From assembly GCA_016930235.1 (NCBI GenBank), contig JAFGHI010000010.1:250-64249 (forward strand): a stretch of DNA of 64,000 bases, written 5' to 3'. The notes under the pieces were generated by a model. That model had not been told where the DNA came from, did not search any database, and worked only from the letters and a program-made list of their open reading frames with translations. The position numbers were made by a program, and so were the translations under genes. The DNA is from Candidatus Omnitrophota bacterium. Lineage in GTDB: Bacteria; Omnitrophota; Omnitrophia; Omnitrophales; Aquincolibacteriaceae. Positions 35,173-45,900 of this stretch are shown here, piece after piece (within the stretch, counting starts at the first letter, position 1; the number at the start of each line of letters is the position of its first letter).

Positions 35173-36105
35173 TTAATTCTTTTCTTCTAAATAAGCTTGC
35201 GCCGAAAGCGCGGCCTCGCAACCCTCTCCGCAGGCTGCAATAAGCTGTCTCGTCGAGCCCGACCGTATCTCCCCCGCAGCAAAAATACCGGGCACCGAAG
35301 TCTTTAAGTGCCCCTGGGTCACAACATACCCTTTTTCATCTAAATCGACAACCCCTTTTAGAAAACCGCTATTGGGATCATGTCCAATAAAGATAAAAAC
35401 ACCTTCTGCCGGGGCCTGTTTTTCAGCGCCCGTTTTCACATCCTTCAAAATCACGGACTCAACCTTTTTCTCGCCAAGGATCTTGGTCACCACCGTGTTC
35501 CATATGAACTCGATCTTGGGATTCTCCTCGGCCCTTTTCTGCAAGATCGGTCCTGCACGCAATTGATCCCGGCGATGAATAACCTGAACCTTCCGAGCAA
35601 ACCGCGTCAGGAAAAGGCCTTCCTGTAAAGCTGAGTCCCCACCACCTACTACAAGAATACTCTTATCTTTAAAAAAGGCGCCATCGCAGGTTGCACAATA
35701 GGAAACACCGTGACCTGTCAATTCTTTTTCTCCCTCAACACCCAGCTTTCGGAACGAAGATCCCAGCGCCAAAATAACGGCCTTCGATTGATAACGATTC
35801 GAAGCAGTCTTGATTTCAAATTGTTTCTCTTTTTTTGCAATTTGTTCCACCTGCTCGAAGATAATTTCTGTCCCGTAACGTTTTGCTTGTTCTTCCATTT
35901 TCATCGAAATCTCGGGGCCGGTCACCCCTGAAGGAAATCCGGGATAATTTTCGACAATATCGGTTAGGGCTATCTGCCCACCGGAAGTCAGTTTTTCAAT
36001 CAATACCGTCTTAAGATTGGCACGCGACGTATAAAGAGCTGCTGTTAACCCCGCACCCCCTCCTCCAATCACGCCCACATCGTAAGACTTGGTTTCTGCC
36101 ATCAT
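35173..36105 (-). CDS. trxB: Thioredoxin reductase
   Basis: GGGGAG, ENYPG, CATCDG, GGGDSA, HRRD. Confidence 0.96.
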   Translation of the reverse strand: MMAETKSYDVGVIGGGGAGLTAALYTSRANLKTVLIEKLTSGGQIALTDIVENYPGFPSGVTGPEISMKMEEQAKRYGTEIIFEQVEQIAKKEKQFEIKTASNRYQSKAVILALGSSFRKLGVEGEKELTGHGVSYCATCDGAFFKDKSILVVGGGDSALQEGLFLTRFARKVQVIHRRDQLRAGPILQKRAEENPKIEFIWNTVVTKILGEKKVESVILKDVKTGAEKQAPAEGVFIFIGHDPNSGFLKGVVDLDEKGYVVTQGHLKTSVPGIFAAGEIRSGSTRQLIAACGEGCEAALSAQAYLEEKN

Positions 36106-36114
36106 GGAACCTAC

Positions 36115-36525
36115 CTAAATCTCATGCACCCCGGCTTGGCCTAGGACTTCTTCAGCTGCGAAAATAGGAGCCTCCGCGCGCAAAGCTAGAGCCACGCTAT
36201 CTGAAGGACGGGCATCGATCATCACCGTTCCGTTTTCATTCCGCCGGACCTGCAATTTCGCAAAAAAAGTATTACTCTCCAATTTATCAATGACCACACG
36301 CTCCAATTTTGCGCCCAGTTTCTCAATCGCCGACAACATGAGATCATGCGTTAAAGGCCTCGGCGGTTTGATGCCGCTCAGCTTCAGTTTGATCGCATTG
36401 ACTTCAGCCATCCCAATCACAACAGGAAGATAGCGCGTCCCTTCCTTTTCCTTAAAAATAATTACTTGTTCGTTTCGATTTTCGTCAATCTTGATCTTGC
36501 TTAATTCCAGTTCAACGGTTCCCAT
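36115..36525 (-). CDS. Bifunctional nuclease family protein (DUF151), start re-assigned
   Basis: LPVVIG, RPLTHDL, DARPSD. Confidence 0.92.
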   Translation of the reverse strand: MGTVELELSKIKIDENRNEQVIIFKEKEGTRYLPVVIGMAEVNAIKLKLSGIKPPRPLTHDLMLSAIEKLGAKLERVVIDKLESNTFFAKLQVRRNENGTVMIDARPSDSVALALRAEAPIFAAEEVLGQAGVHEI

Positions 36526-38182
36526 GAGTTTTCTTCTCTTCTGAGGCTTGATCGTTTTTAGCCAGCCGGAAGCGCCCGTTTTTTTCCCGGTTGACCTGAT
36601 CCTGAAAATGGAGATGGACACGTTTGCCTTCAACAATTTCTTTCTCAATAATTTCCTGTTCGGCCAGAATCTTTTCGATCTCCTGCTCGCGTGAGCGTAT
36701 TTCGCTCTCGATTTCTTTCTGCTTCTCAACAAGCTCCCTGAAATAACCCTCTTTCTCGACTAAACGATCCGCCAATTGACTTCGCTTCTCGTGAATTCCC
36801 TGTTCGGCTTGAATTTTACGCATCTCCTGTAATTGCCGTTTAGCCTCTTCGATTTGCGCATCATAACCTTGAAGCTTCTGGATGGCTCCCTGAAGCTCTG
36901 TTTCTTGTTTTTCACAAGTCCGGCAGAGTTCCGTCACTCTCTCTTCGGACCCCTTGTATTTGGACTCCCAGGATTGAGAGGTTCGCCGCGCTTCCTCCAG
37001 TTCCTGATATAGCTTAGCGCGGTCTTTGTCCACTTCTCTTAAACGGTCTTCTACCTTTTCACGAAGTGTTTTCTCGGTCTGCTGTGCCTCCTGCAAGATA
37101 TGGATCTGTTGTTCTAACGTCTCCTGTTTTTCACGCCAACGGCTCAATTGTTCGCCGCTTACCCGCGCACCCCGTTCTAGGTTTTCCTTCTGCCGTTCCA
37201 AATCCTTAACGCTTTCGGCAAGCTCTTCGGCCTTGAGACGCCACTGGTCAATCATTTGGGTCGCCTGTTGAAGCCTCTCCTCCAGTTGTTTGTTTTTTGT
37301 CTCCAATTCTCCCCGGTACTGACGGCCTTGTTCTTCCTTCTCTTTGATCCGGCTTCCGAAATCAAGCCGCTCGTTTTGAAAAACCCTCGCATTTTCCTCG
37401 AGTTCTTTATTGCGTTTGCGTAAGGTCTCCATTTCTTGACGCGTTTGGACCATCTTTTCTTCAAAAAGCTCTCTCGCCTCCCGGTACTCGTCTTTAAGGA
37501 CATCATACTTTTCTTCTAAATTGGAAAGCAAGGCACGTGCCTCTTTGATCTCCTTTTCCCTTCCTTGAAGGAGGCTTAACTCCGGAGCCGGCAACGGTCT
37601 TTGAGCACGAGCCTCTTCAAGTTTTCGAATGATCTCCGTTAATCGGGAAACTTCTTTTTCAAGATCTGCGTGGGACCTTTTCCAATTTTCAATTTCAGAT
37701 TCCAGTTCGCGCCGCTCGGGTTCCGGCAACCCTGGAATCGGCATTACCTCCGCGTGCTCAGACTTTTCCGGGCTCTCTCTCATCATACGGATCGCATTTA
37801 AAGCCTCATCAGGTCCCAAAACCTCTTGGACCTCTTGATTCTTCTGATGACTCTCCCAAGTATTGAGAAACGCTAAGTTGGGAGGTTCAGGCCAAACGGT
37901 CCGGTAATATTTTCTTTTGCGGAAGGTATCATTGGTGAGAACGATTTGAGCATTGGCGGCTTCAAAAAAACCCTTCACTTTATGGGCAATGTCTTGATTC
38001 AGATTATCCAAAAGAATGATGGGTGTGCTTTCTACCAAATCGCTGGCTTCTTCGGAGGAAAGTGAAAAGACTTCGGAAATTTTGAGGGCAATCCGTTTCT
38101 TGTCGATCTCGCTCAGAATCGGATTCAGAACAACACACCAGTTTTGCTTTTCGCTTCGCGATTTCTTATTGCCTAGCAACAT
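36512..38182 (-). CDS. Long coiled-coil protein with a small N-terminal globular domain
   Basis: About 400 aa of E/K/Q/R heptads. Confidence 0.8.
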   Translation of the reverse strand: MLLGNKKSRSEKQNWCVVLNPILSEIDKKRIALKISEVFSLSSEEASDLVESTPIILLDNLNQDIAHKVKGFFEAANAQIVLTNDTFRKRKYYRTVWPEPPNLAFLNTWESHQKNQEVQEVLGPDEALNAIRMMRESPEKSEHAEVMPIPGLPEPERRELESEIENWKRSHADLEKEVSRLTEIIRKLEEARAQRPLPAPELSLLQGREKEIKEARALLSNLEEKYDVLKDEYREARELFEEKMVQTRQEMETLRKRNKELEENARVFQNERLDFGSRIKEKEEQGRQYRGELETKNKQLEERLQQATQMIDQWRLKAEELAESVKDLERQKENLERGARVSGEQLSRWREKQETLEQQIHILQEAQQTEKTLREKVEDRLREVDKDRAKLYQELEEARRTSQSWESKYKGSEERVTELCRTCEKQETELQGAIQKLQGYDAQIEEAKRQLQEMRKIQAEQGIHEKRSQLADRLVEKEGYFRELVEKQKEIESEIRSREQEIEKILAEQEIIEKEIVEGKRVHLHFQDQVNREKNGRFRLAKNDQASEEKKTHGNR

Positions 38183-38298
38183 GAATCAACCTATCCGACC
38201 TACCCCTAAAATTCGCGAGTAGAGGCCTATACTTCCTTTCTCGCCCCGGCGTGCCCTATCAATCGACGAAGAATAAAAGAATAAAGGCGAACGATCTC

Positions 38299-38646
38299 TT
38301 ACATACTAATCCGGGTCGAAATTTCGTAAACAACCGGCATTTCCCAATACTCTCCCATCAAAACTTTCAAAATGCCCACGAGAGAAAGAATCCCCAAAAC
38401 AACAAAAGCTACCGTAAATACCAAATCGCCTAATATCGGCACTACTTTCAAAATAGCGGCTGCAATCTCCAAAATAAATAAAACCAGTGCCTGCTTCCCG
38501 TGAAATTGAGCAAATTTATTCTGCTTCTTGAGCAGTAACGGAACAAAGCAGAGAACATTGAAATAACCAATGGCAGCGAAAAACTTCGCATCCTGAATTT
38601 CCGGATCCGATTGAGGTGCTGACGCATCATCTTCACGTGCAACCAT
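38299..38646 (-). CDS. DUF4870-like membrane protein
   Basis: AAIGY...FAQFHGKQAL...G.YWEMP; three TM segments. Confidence 0.8.
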   Translation of the reverse strand: MVAREDDASAPQSDPEIQDAKFFAAIGYFNVLCFVPLLLKKQNKFAQFHGKQALVLFILEIAAAILKVVPILGDLVFTVAFVVLGILSLVGILKVLMGEYWEMPVVYEISTRISM

Positions 38647-38763
38647 GGTACCTCCTAAAGATGCCCTAACTCAGGGCCTGAACAAAGGTTAAGTAAATTT
38701 GCTCTATTATCATGGATTCATCCGCTTGAGTCAATCGAAATCCCATTTTTTTCAGTCTGAAAT

Positions 38764-39093
38764 CTATCTTGCGTAAAGGATAAAATCCTTGGCGGGCTGA
38801 TGTTGGATGAAGTGTTTCTGGATGATTTGCTCAAGCTTCTCTTCGTCTAACTCTTGATACCAAATGCCTTCAGGATATACCACAGCCAAGGGCCCCTTTT
38901 GACAAATCCCAAAACAGGAGCACTGGCTCCTCAAGACCCGGTCAGGCCCTTCGTTGAACTTCAATTCCGTCAATCGTTTCTTCAACCATTGATAGAGTGC
39001 CGAGGAAACCTCTTGCCGGGCACAACGCGGGCCTGTACAAATAAAAATATGACGCCGGTACGGTGCCATGACAAACGGATTATTTGCCGGCAC
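38764..39093 (-). CDS. Thioredoxin-like [2Fe-2S] ferredoxin
   Basis: HIFICTGPRC...CFGICQKGP...VYPEGIWY. Confidence 0.9.
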   Translation of the reverse strand: MPANNPFVMAPYRRHIFICTGPRCARQEVSSALYQWLKKRLTELKFNEGPDRVLRSQCSCFGICQKGPLAVVYPEGIWYQELDEEKLEQIIQKHFIQHQPAKDFILYAR

Positions 39094-39475
39094 AAGATTT
39101 CTCCATTTGACGCATTTTCGTCTCCAAAACCTTAAGAAGCAGGGGTTGATCAGCTATCGGTGTCCCGTAATGGAAATCAAGTTCAGGATGTTTGGCCTTC
39201 GCTTCCTGAATCATTAAAGGGATATCTTCTTTGACGTGTTTTCCGCCGAAGAACATCATCGGCAGAACAAAAATCTGGCCAACACCCTTTTGGGCGCATT
39301 CGTCAATCGCCTGACCGATGGAGGGTTCGACAAACTCCATAAAAGCACCGGCGACAAACCGATCCGGACAGAGGTCCTGAAATTGTTCGACCAGAGATAG
39401 AAAGGCCTGATTGCTTTCCTTGTCTTTCGTTCCGTGCACAATCAGAAGATAGGCACCCTGTTTCTCAGTTGACAC
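39080..39475 (-). CDS. CbiX/SirB-family chelatase (probable GTG start)
   Basis: HGT, AFME..EPS, PMMFFGGKHVKEDIP. Confidence 0.88.
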   Translation of the reverse strand: MSTEKQGAYLLIVHGTKDKESNQAFLSLVEQFQDLCPDRFVAGAFMEFVEPSIGQAIDECAQKGVGQIFVLPMMFFGGKHVKEDIPLMIQEAKAKHPELDFHYGTPIADQPLLLKVLETKMRQMEKSCAGK

Positions 39476-39491
39476 CGGGAATCCTTGTGAA

Positions 39492-39833
39492 TTAATCCAT
39501 TTGACAGACGGGAGGCAAAGTCGCATCCATCGGGATCACAAACGTCCCGACTTCACAAGCACCGACCAAAATGCGCCTTACCATATAGACCGTCCCCTTA
39601 CCTAACCCTGTAAAAAAACCGTACCACGGACCGCCTTCCATTTCATTGCCTATTCCGCATGGAATCTCCGCAACACTGGAAACAATATTCACAAGGCCTC
39701 GGCCGAGTTTAATTCCGGAATCCGTAACCAAATCCCCTGTCGTCGCTTCACCTGCCAGAGCGTAAGGTGCGATACCCCACATCAACATGACGAACACAAG
39801 AAACATGATTGTCGTTTGCTTTTTCATAATCAC
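39492..39833 (-). CDS. Exosortase-system-associated protein, TIGR04073-like
   Basis: Signal peptide; KLGRGLVNI...EIP...GLGKG...R...G..EV.TF. Confidence 0.75.
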   Translation of the reverse strand: MIMKKQTTIMFLVFVMLMWGIAPYALAGEATTGDLVTDSGIKLGRGLVNIVSSVAEIPCGIGNEMEGGPWYGFFTGLGKGTVYMVRRILVGACEVGTFVIPMDATLPPVCQMD

Positions 39834-39967
39834 CTCTCCATCAATCGTTGAGTATTTTGATTATCTTTGAAAGCGATTTCAACGCAAGCAAGATACCACA
39901 GGCGTAAGAAGTTGTAAACGCCCGAGAAAAGCACCGCACGTGCCCATCTCGTAGGTGGGCGAAATGG

Positions 39968-42900
39968 TTACGCGGCTTTTTGGATTTGGAGAGCAGCCTG
40001 GACTTCTTGACGCAACAAGCGATCAATCGCGGAAACATTCACAATCGGGCGTCCCTCGGAATCAAAAACAATAATCTGATTTTCGGGTCCTTCTCCCATT
40101 TGCCGAAAGAGATAAACGGCTTTGAGGAGTTCGGCTTGGACATTCTTAGCATCTGTTGAAGTCCTGGCCATTAAAGCAGAGGCAAACGCGAACGCCGTTT
40201 GAGTCATCCTCCCCAAAACTTGAGATTCTAATTTAGCTTCGCTTGTAAGGCGAATGCCGACCGGCAGAACCTGAGCCGTCTGCTCCATAAGAATTTCATC
40301 GCTAAACTCCATGACGGGCAGGACATTCTGTCCCGAATTTAGGATGGTCACCTGCCGGGGACTGGATGCCGCCGTAAAGGGAATCGGTATCGACTTTAGA
40401 ACTTGGATTAAAGCATTGGCGGCCTTTTTATCGCCGAGAATAGCAAAGCGATCCAATTCTCCCCGCAGGAAATAGGACCGGATGATATCCCCGTATTGTC
40501 CGATCGCGCTTTCACGATCCAACCTCGAGATCCCATCTTTTAATTCAGGAATATCCAGCCCCAAAGTTACCTTGCCTTGATAGGTATCTGCCACCTGCTG
40601 CATGAAAGTTACAAGATCCCGAACCGCCCGTTCCGCAATTTTCGACGTCATGCTATAAACTTCAGGCCTGTCTTCAAAAGCTGTGCCGAATCCTTGACGG
40701 CTTAAAAGTTCTTCGACGGCAATTTCGACAGCCCGCTTGAGAACCTGTTCCAGTTCCGCACCGTCAATTTGATGCGCGACGATCGGTCGCACGGCTGAAA
40801 GCACCTCCGATTGATCAGGCAAAACAAAATCTGCGGCTAATGCTTCGGCCGGAATCAAGGATCGCGCAATCGTTAAAGCACTGTCCACCCAAGTTAAGCG
40901 GAGTTCCGAACGGGGTTCCATCGGTGTGCCGTAAAGTTCCTCGGGCGTCCATGTTCCATCCCAGCCCTCCGGTTTCTTCATCACCGCAAGTTTTTTCAAA
41001 GCAGGCTCAGGTTTGGGTTTTGCCTGCAGCAGAGATTGTCCTTGCTTCTGTAAGCGAATCTGCTGCCAAGAGGCAAGCGGAAGCATAATTTCGATCTTCC
41101 CTATCCCGGGTAAAAGCGGGTTCCGAAGATGATACTCGATTTGGACCCCCGAGTCGGCCGCAATTCCGACCAGAACTTCCGTAAAGATCTCAAAGGCATC
41201 CCAAAGAGGATTGCTTACGCGATAACCTTCGCTCATTTGAGGACGCTCGGGTAGGGGTAAATAAACGCTCACACCCTGCTGCATATCCGGTCTCGATTTA
41301 ACAAGTTCAAAAAGACGAAGAAATTGTTCCCGGTAAGATGCCTCGTTCCACCCACCCTCATTAAAATCCGCAATGCCTTTCTCGGGATAACCCGCAATAT
41401 CCTGATCCAGGGCATCCAGCGTCATGACGCGCGGAGCAGGAGGTTTCGCGGTTCTTTTATACTCCTCGGCAAAAGTCGAAGCCGCCTTTTCTCCCATAAC
41501 AACAAACCGTTCATTTTGTCTCAATAACCCTTTTTCATACAAGATATCAAAGACCTCGCGAATCGGCATTTCTTGCCTTAATTCCGAGCGAACTTCTTCA
41601 GTCTGGGGGATTCCGGGACCCCGGAAAGACTTCGTGGCAACAAGATAATGATATTGCCGGTTATCATCCAGAAGGGTTCCGCGCTGAACATCAGACCATT
41701 TGAGGGCCTTAAACGCTTGGAGATCGCTTACTGTGAAGGGTTCCTCTTGAATGGAAATAAAACGGCCCCCCGGATTCAAGACAAGCCAGGCAACATCCGT
41801 CTCATTTGTTTCAACCACCGTTCCCTTAGTCAAAATTGAAAAGACAATATCCTGACTCTCTTTCCATTGAGGATTTTGATACTGGCTTAAATCACTTTCT
41901 CCGGTTAGAACAACCGTCTTCTCAGTTCCTGTCAATCCCAAGAAAGAGTTTAAGGAATCACGCAATCGGGATCCGATCGAAATATCAACCGTGCCGCCAA
42001 CTTCGGAAACTTGAGAGGTTTCGGACAATCCGGGCTGTTGTTGGTAGGGTTGCTGCCTTTGAGGTTGTTCTGCGGGAACTCGCTCCACTTCCGGAACAGG
42101 CTGAACAGCATCAGGAGAAATACTCTTCGCCTGCACCTGAGATGAAATATCGCTGATCTCACGTAACTCCGAACGCGGGCGCTGCCTTCGCGCAATCTTA
42201 AACCTCTGAAACACGTTCCCCTGCAAAATCCTATCCTGAATGGTGTTCTGCAACCGGCTCACCGCTTGATCAAACTCATCAACCGATGGCATCTGTTCTC
42301 CGCCCGCCAAAATCCGCTCAACGAGGGGCTTGATCTGTGATTCAATTTCCTCTGGTGTCGTATTCCGGACAAATTCCAGCATCTCCGGGACCTGATTCGT
42401 CTCAGCCACCTGGTAAACTTCAATCTCCGGCCGTATCAAGCGTAAAGCCAGAAGGGCCAAGAGCAAACGCCTGGAACCACCCCACACACCGTCAACTGTT
42501 ACCCACTTGCCTTTTGAATTCATAGAAGCCGCCACTTCCGCAATCTTTCCGACCAGATTCGGATGAAGCTGTCTAAGTTTCTTTTGCGCCTTTGGATCAT
42601 CGCGCCCAACCTGATTAATCGAAACCATTAAGTCATTTGACCCGACAGCATAAAAATCCGCATCGGGAGATATCATGGCATTCTCCTTCTCAAACATAAA
42701 ACCAATAAGGATCTGATTAATAATCTGACGCGCCTTTTCTTGCTCTTCTTCGACAATCCCGCTTAAATACTCCGTTTTAGCCTCCTCAATTAATTCAAGG
42801 ATACCGTTTATGTCTCTCTGATCAATAATATCCGGAATAAGAATATGCAAATTGACTTCGGGCTGCGGCCCCTTTCCTTCTCGCGCAAGTTCTTCTAAAC

Positions 42901-45900
42901 GATTATAAGCAGCAACCTGAGCCTGAAAAAAAACCATCAGCTGCATTTTGCCGAATTCCCGAAACTGTTTGAACAAGTCTCCATAATGTGGGTGAGTGCC
43001 TTCCTTATCCAAATAGAAACGAACACCCAAACGGTTGCGCCCTTCTTCTAAGGGGATCTCTAAAATCCTTCTCACCTCATCTGGTTTTCTCCCTTCGGTA
43101 AGGATCTTCGGGCGTTTGTCCATCTGAACATCAAAAATTCTCACAATAAAAGGCCGCCTTACCTGGAAAAAAGGCTGCATGAGAATCCCTTGGATTGTCT
43201 GTGCGAATCGGACCCGGTCATTTTCAATCCCCTGCCATCCGGGATGGGCCGCCAATTGCTCGGTTCGAAAAAGTCCGACACCCTTTCCACCGTGACGCTC
43301 AACAATCGACCGCAGTTCGGCCCGCCTCTGAAAATCCTCAGGTTTCGTATCATCCACATAAAATAAAATCTCCCGACCCGCAAAGAAAACCGGCTCATCG
43401 GCCCGGGCAAGAAAAAAGGCATCTAAATCAGCATAACTTTCCCTCCTTGCAAACCATGTATCCCGCGTTTGGTAATCAGGTCTCAACACAACGAACCCCT
43501 CACGGCCATCAGCCATGGCCCAACCCTGAAGTGTTTCCTTGGAAAATTCTAACCCGGCAGCTTCAAAATCTGCAGCCGGTATCACTACAATCCCCAAATC
43601 CCGGGCGAAGGTCACCCAATGTGACAAGCTTGTGCCACCCGGGCTCACAATCGCAACAACCCTTCCGTGACCACGCAAAGAACTCAAAAGATGGTAAAGA
43701 TCCCGCTCATTCTCAATAGTCTTCGCGAACACCACCAAATCACGATCGACTTGTTGGGTTGGGCCAAAGCGTGCACGGTCGTAATAACGCATGAGAAATT
43801 CAAGCGCCTCAGGTTCAACATCGTTGACACGCCTGCCCTCACCGCCCCTATTATCCGCATAAGCATTGAACATAGGGATCATGGTTTCCTGAAAATAACT
43901 GATGATGCCAGCTTGAAAAGGATCGTCTGGCTGAATTCTCTCCCATTGGCCACTGCGTATCTCATCCAAAACATTCTGAAAAACCTCTGCGGCATGCTGC
44001 CGGTTCTCACGAACCCGCCGTGAGATCTCGTCAAAAATCATCCGCAAAATCTCCTCAACGGCATGCTGCTGCTCCTCGCCAACCCATTGCCTGATCTGCG
44101 TGACAACTCCCGGAGGGAGGAATTCCATTTCAGCGGGCACCTCCCCTTCAAGGGGCATCTCTAACACTATTTTTTTATGTCCCTCCCAGAATCTTTCCAG
44201 GACTCCAGCCTCATTTTCAAACGTCTGTTGGGCCCTTAAATCCATAAAATGGCGCATATAGAACAATGCCGTGAGATATTCGATAGACCGGCCGGTTTTT
44301 AAAATATCCTGGCGTACCTGAAAGTCAAATCTCTTCACCCATGCTTTCCATTTTTCGATGTTTGTATGTGCCTCTTCATGCAAGGTCCGATCAACGGCTG
44401 CAATGCTGGCTTCGTCTTCTTTCTTTTTAACCATCGCGCTGATTCTCTTTTGAATTTCCGCCTCATAAGATGCCGTAATGGCATCTAGAAATTGATCCAG
44501 AACATCAACCATAACCTCTTCGTGCCGGCGAACTTCCTCTTCTTTTTTTACCTGAACTTCTTCCTCAAGATCACTCATCTCAAAAATATAGTCATACGTA
44601 TCCAAATCTTCTTGGATGCTTTCAACATACCCTCGAAGCTCTTCATTCACTTGAATCATGCGTTTAAAAAGTTCACCACTGGGTAAATTACGGAAATTTG
44701 CAATATGTGCGTTGAGAAGGTCAATAATAATTTGAAGGGCTTTTTGAGGCGTTTTCCCCTTATCAAGGTGGTAAGCCAAGCGCTCAAAGACATCCATCTT
44801 GATCGTCTTAGGCCTGCCATGTTCATCGATTGTCATACCATAGACTGTATTATCAGCAAACATCCTACGCCTCGTATAGGAAGCTTCTTTCTGACCGTCC
44901 GCAAGCTTAGAATCGTCTGTATTCAAACCAAAAGGCAAATTCAGGAACAAATCAAATACTTTGGTCATCAACCGGTCTTTGGCGGTTTGGATTAAGACTT
45001 CGCGGACTTTTTTATTATGATCCTCGTCGGGTAAATGGATAAAATCCTCCCGATTGACAAGGGCAGGGATCACCGACCCCTGAATAAAACCCATGGCATA
45101 TACCGTCGTCGGGGCAGGAGCCGTTTGTTCTGCCAACTCCCGTTTCATTTCGTCAAGCATTTGCCTTAAGACTTCATCACTTCGGCTCTCTTGATGGCGG
45201 ACCCGATAAATAGCCTCTTCAAGAAGAAGCCCTAAAACTTCTTGCATTTGTTCCCCTAAAGACATCTGGCGCTCACTCTCATCCAAAACGCGCCGCCAAA
45301 TATTTGTTAATGCATGGACTTCATTTTCAACCTTTTGGGCAGCTTCCCGTGGCGTATCAAAAGGGCGGACAAGCGAGAAATTCACGCGCTTGGCTTCCCT
45401 TTCCCAAGTAACTATTTCACCCGAGGCAATAACATTCATCGCCGGCGAGGATCCCCGAAGGATCAGATTGTTAGGTCCTGTTCGAAGCTCGGAGCGTTGT
45501 GATTTAGATTCCGCCTGCACCGGGACTGACGGGACATCGACATAACGTTGATGGATAGCAAACTGCTGGAGGTGATGTATCAAAAGTTCGATTCTCCACC
45601 GCCAAGAACGGATGACTTGATAAGACAGCGTTACGGCAATCGCTGCCATCAGGGTTAGAACCGAACAGGACAAAGCAAAAGGAATATTCCCTTCATCCCA
45701 AGAAATTGCCACACGAATTAAAAAAACAATGCCTGCCATAGCCGTCATACTTCCCACTAAGAACCAACGAAATCCGGCCGCAAAAATCGAATTATACAGC
45801 ATGTCTTCATCCAACACGTCGACCACTTCTTGAATTCTTTCTTGGATATTCAAATCTTCATCCTCCAGAATTTCTGTGATTTCAGCATCATTGGATAGGC

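Noticed and set aside
39968-39990. C-terminal Ala-Ala of the giant protein as an ssrA-like degron or a signal shared with the protease (ends SSA)
   Set aside because: Two or three residues cannot be distinguished from chance
43310-43324. RAELR as a definite module boundary
   Set aside because: It lies inside the Enzyme I-like region just before GVGLFRTE, so it may be coincidental; counted only as a variant
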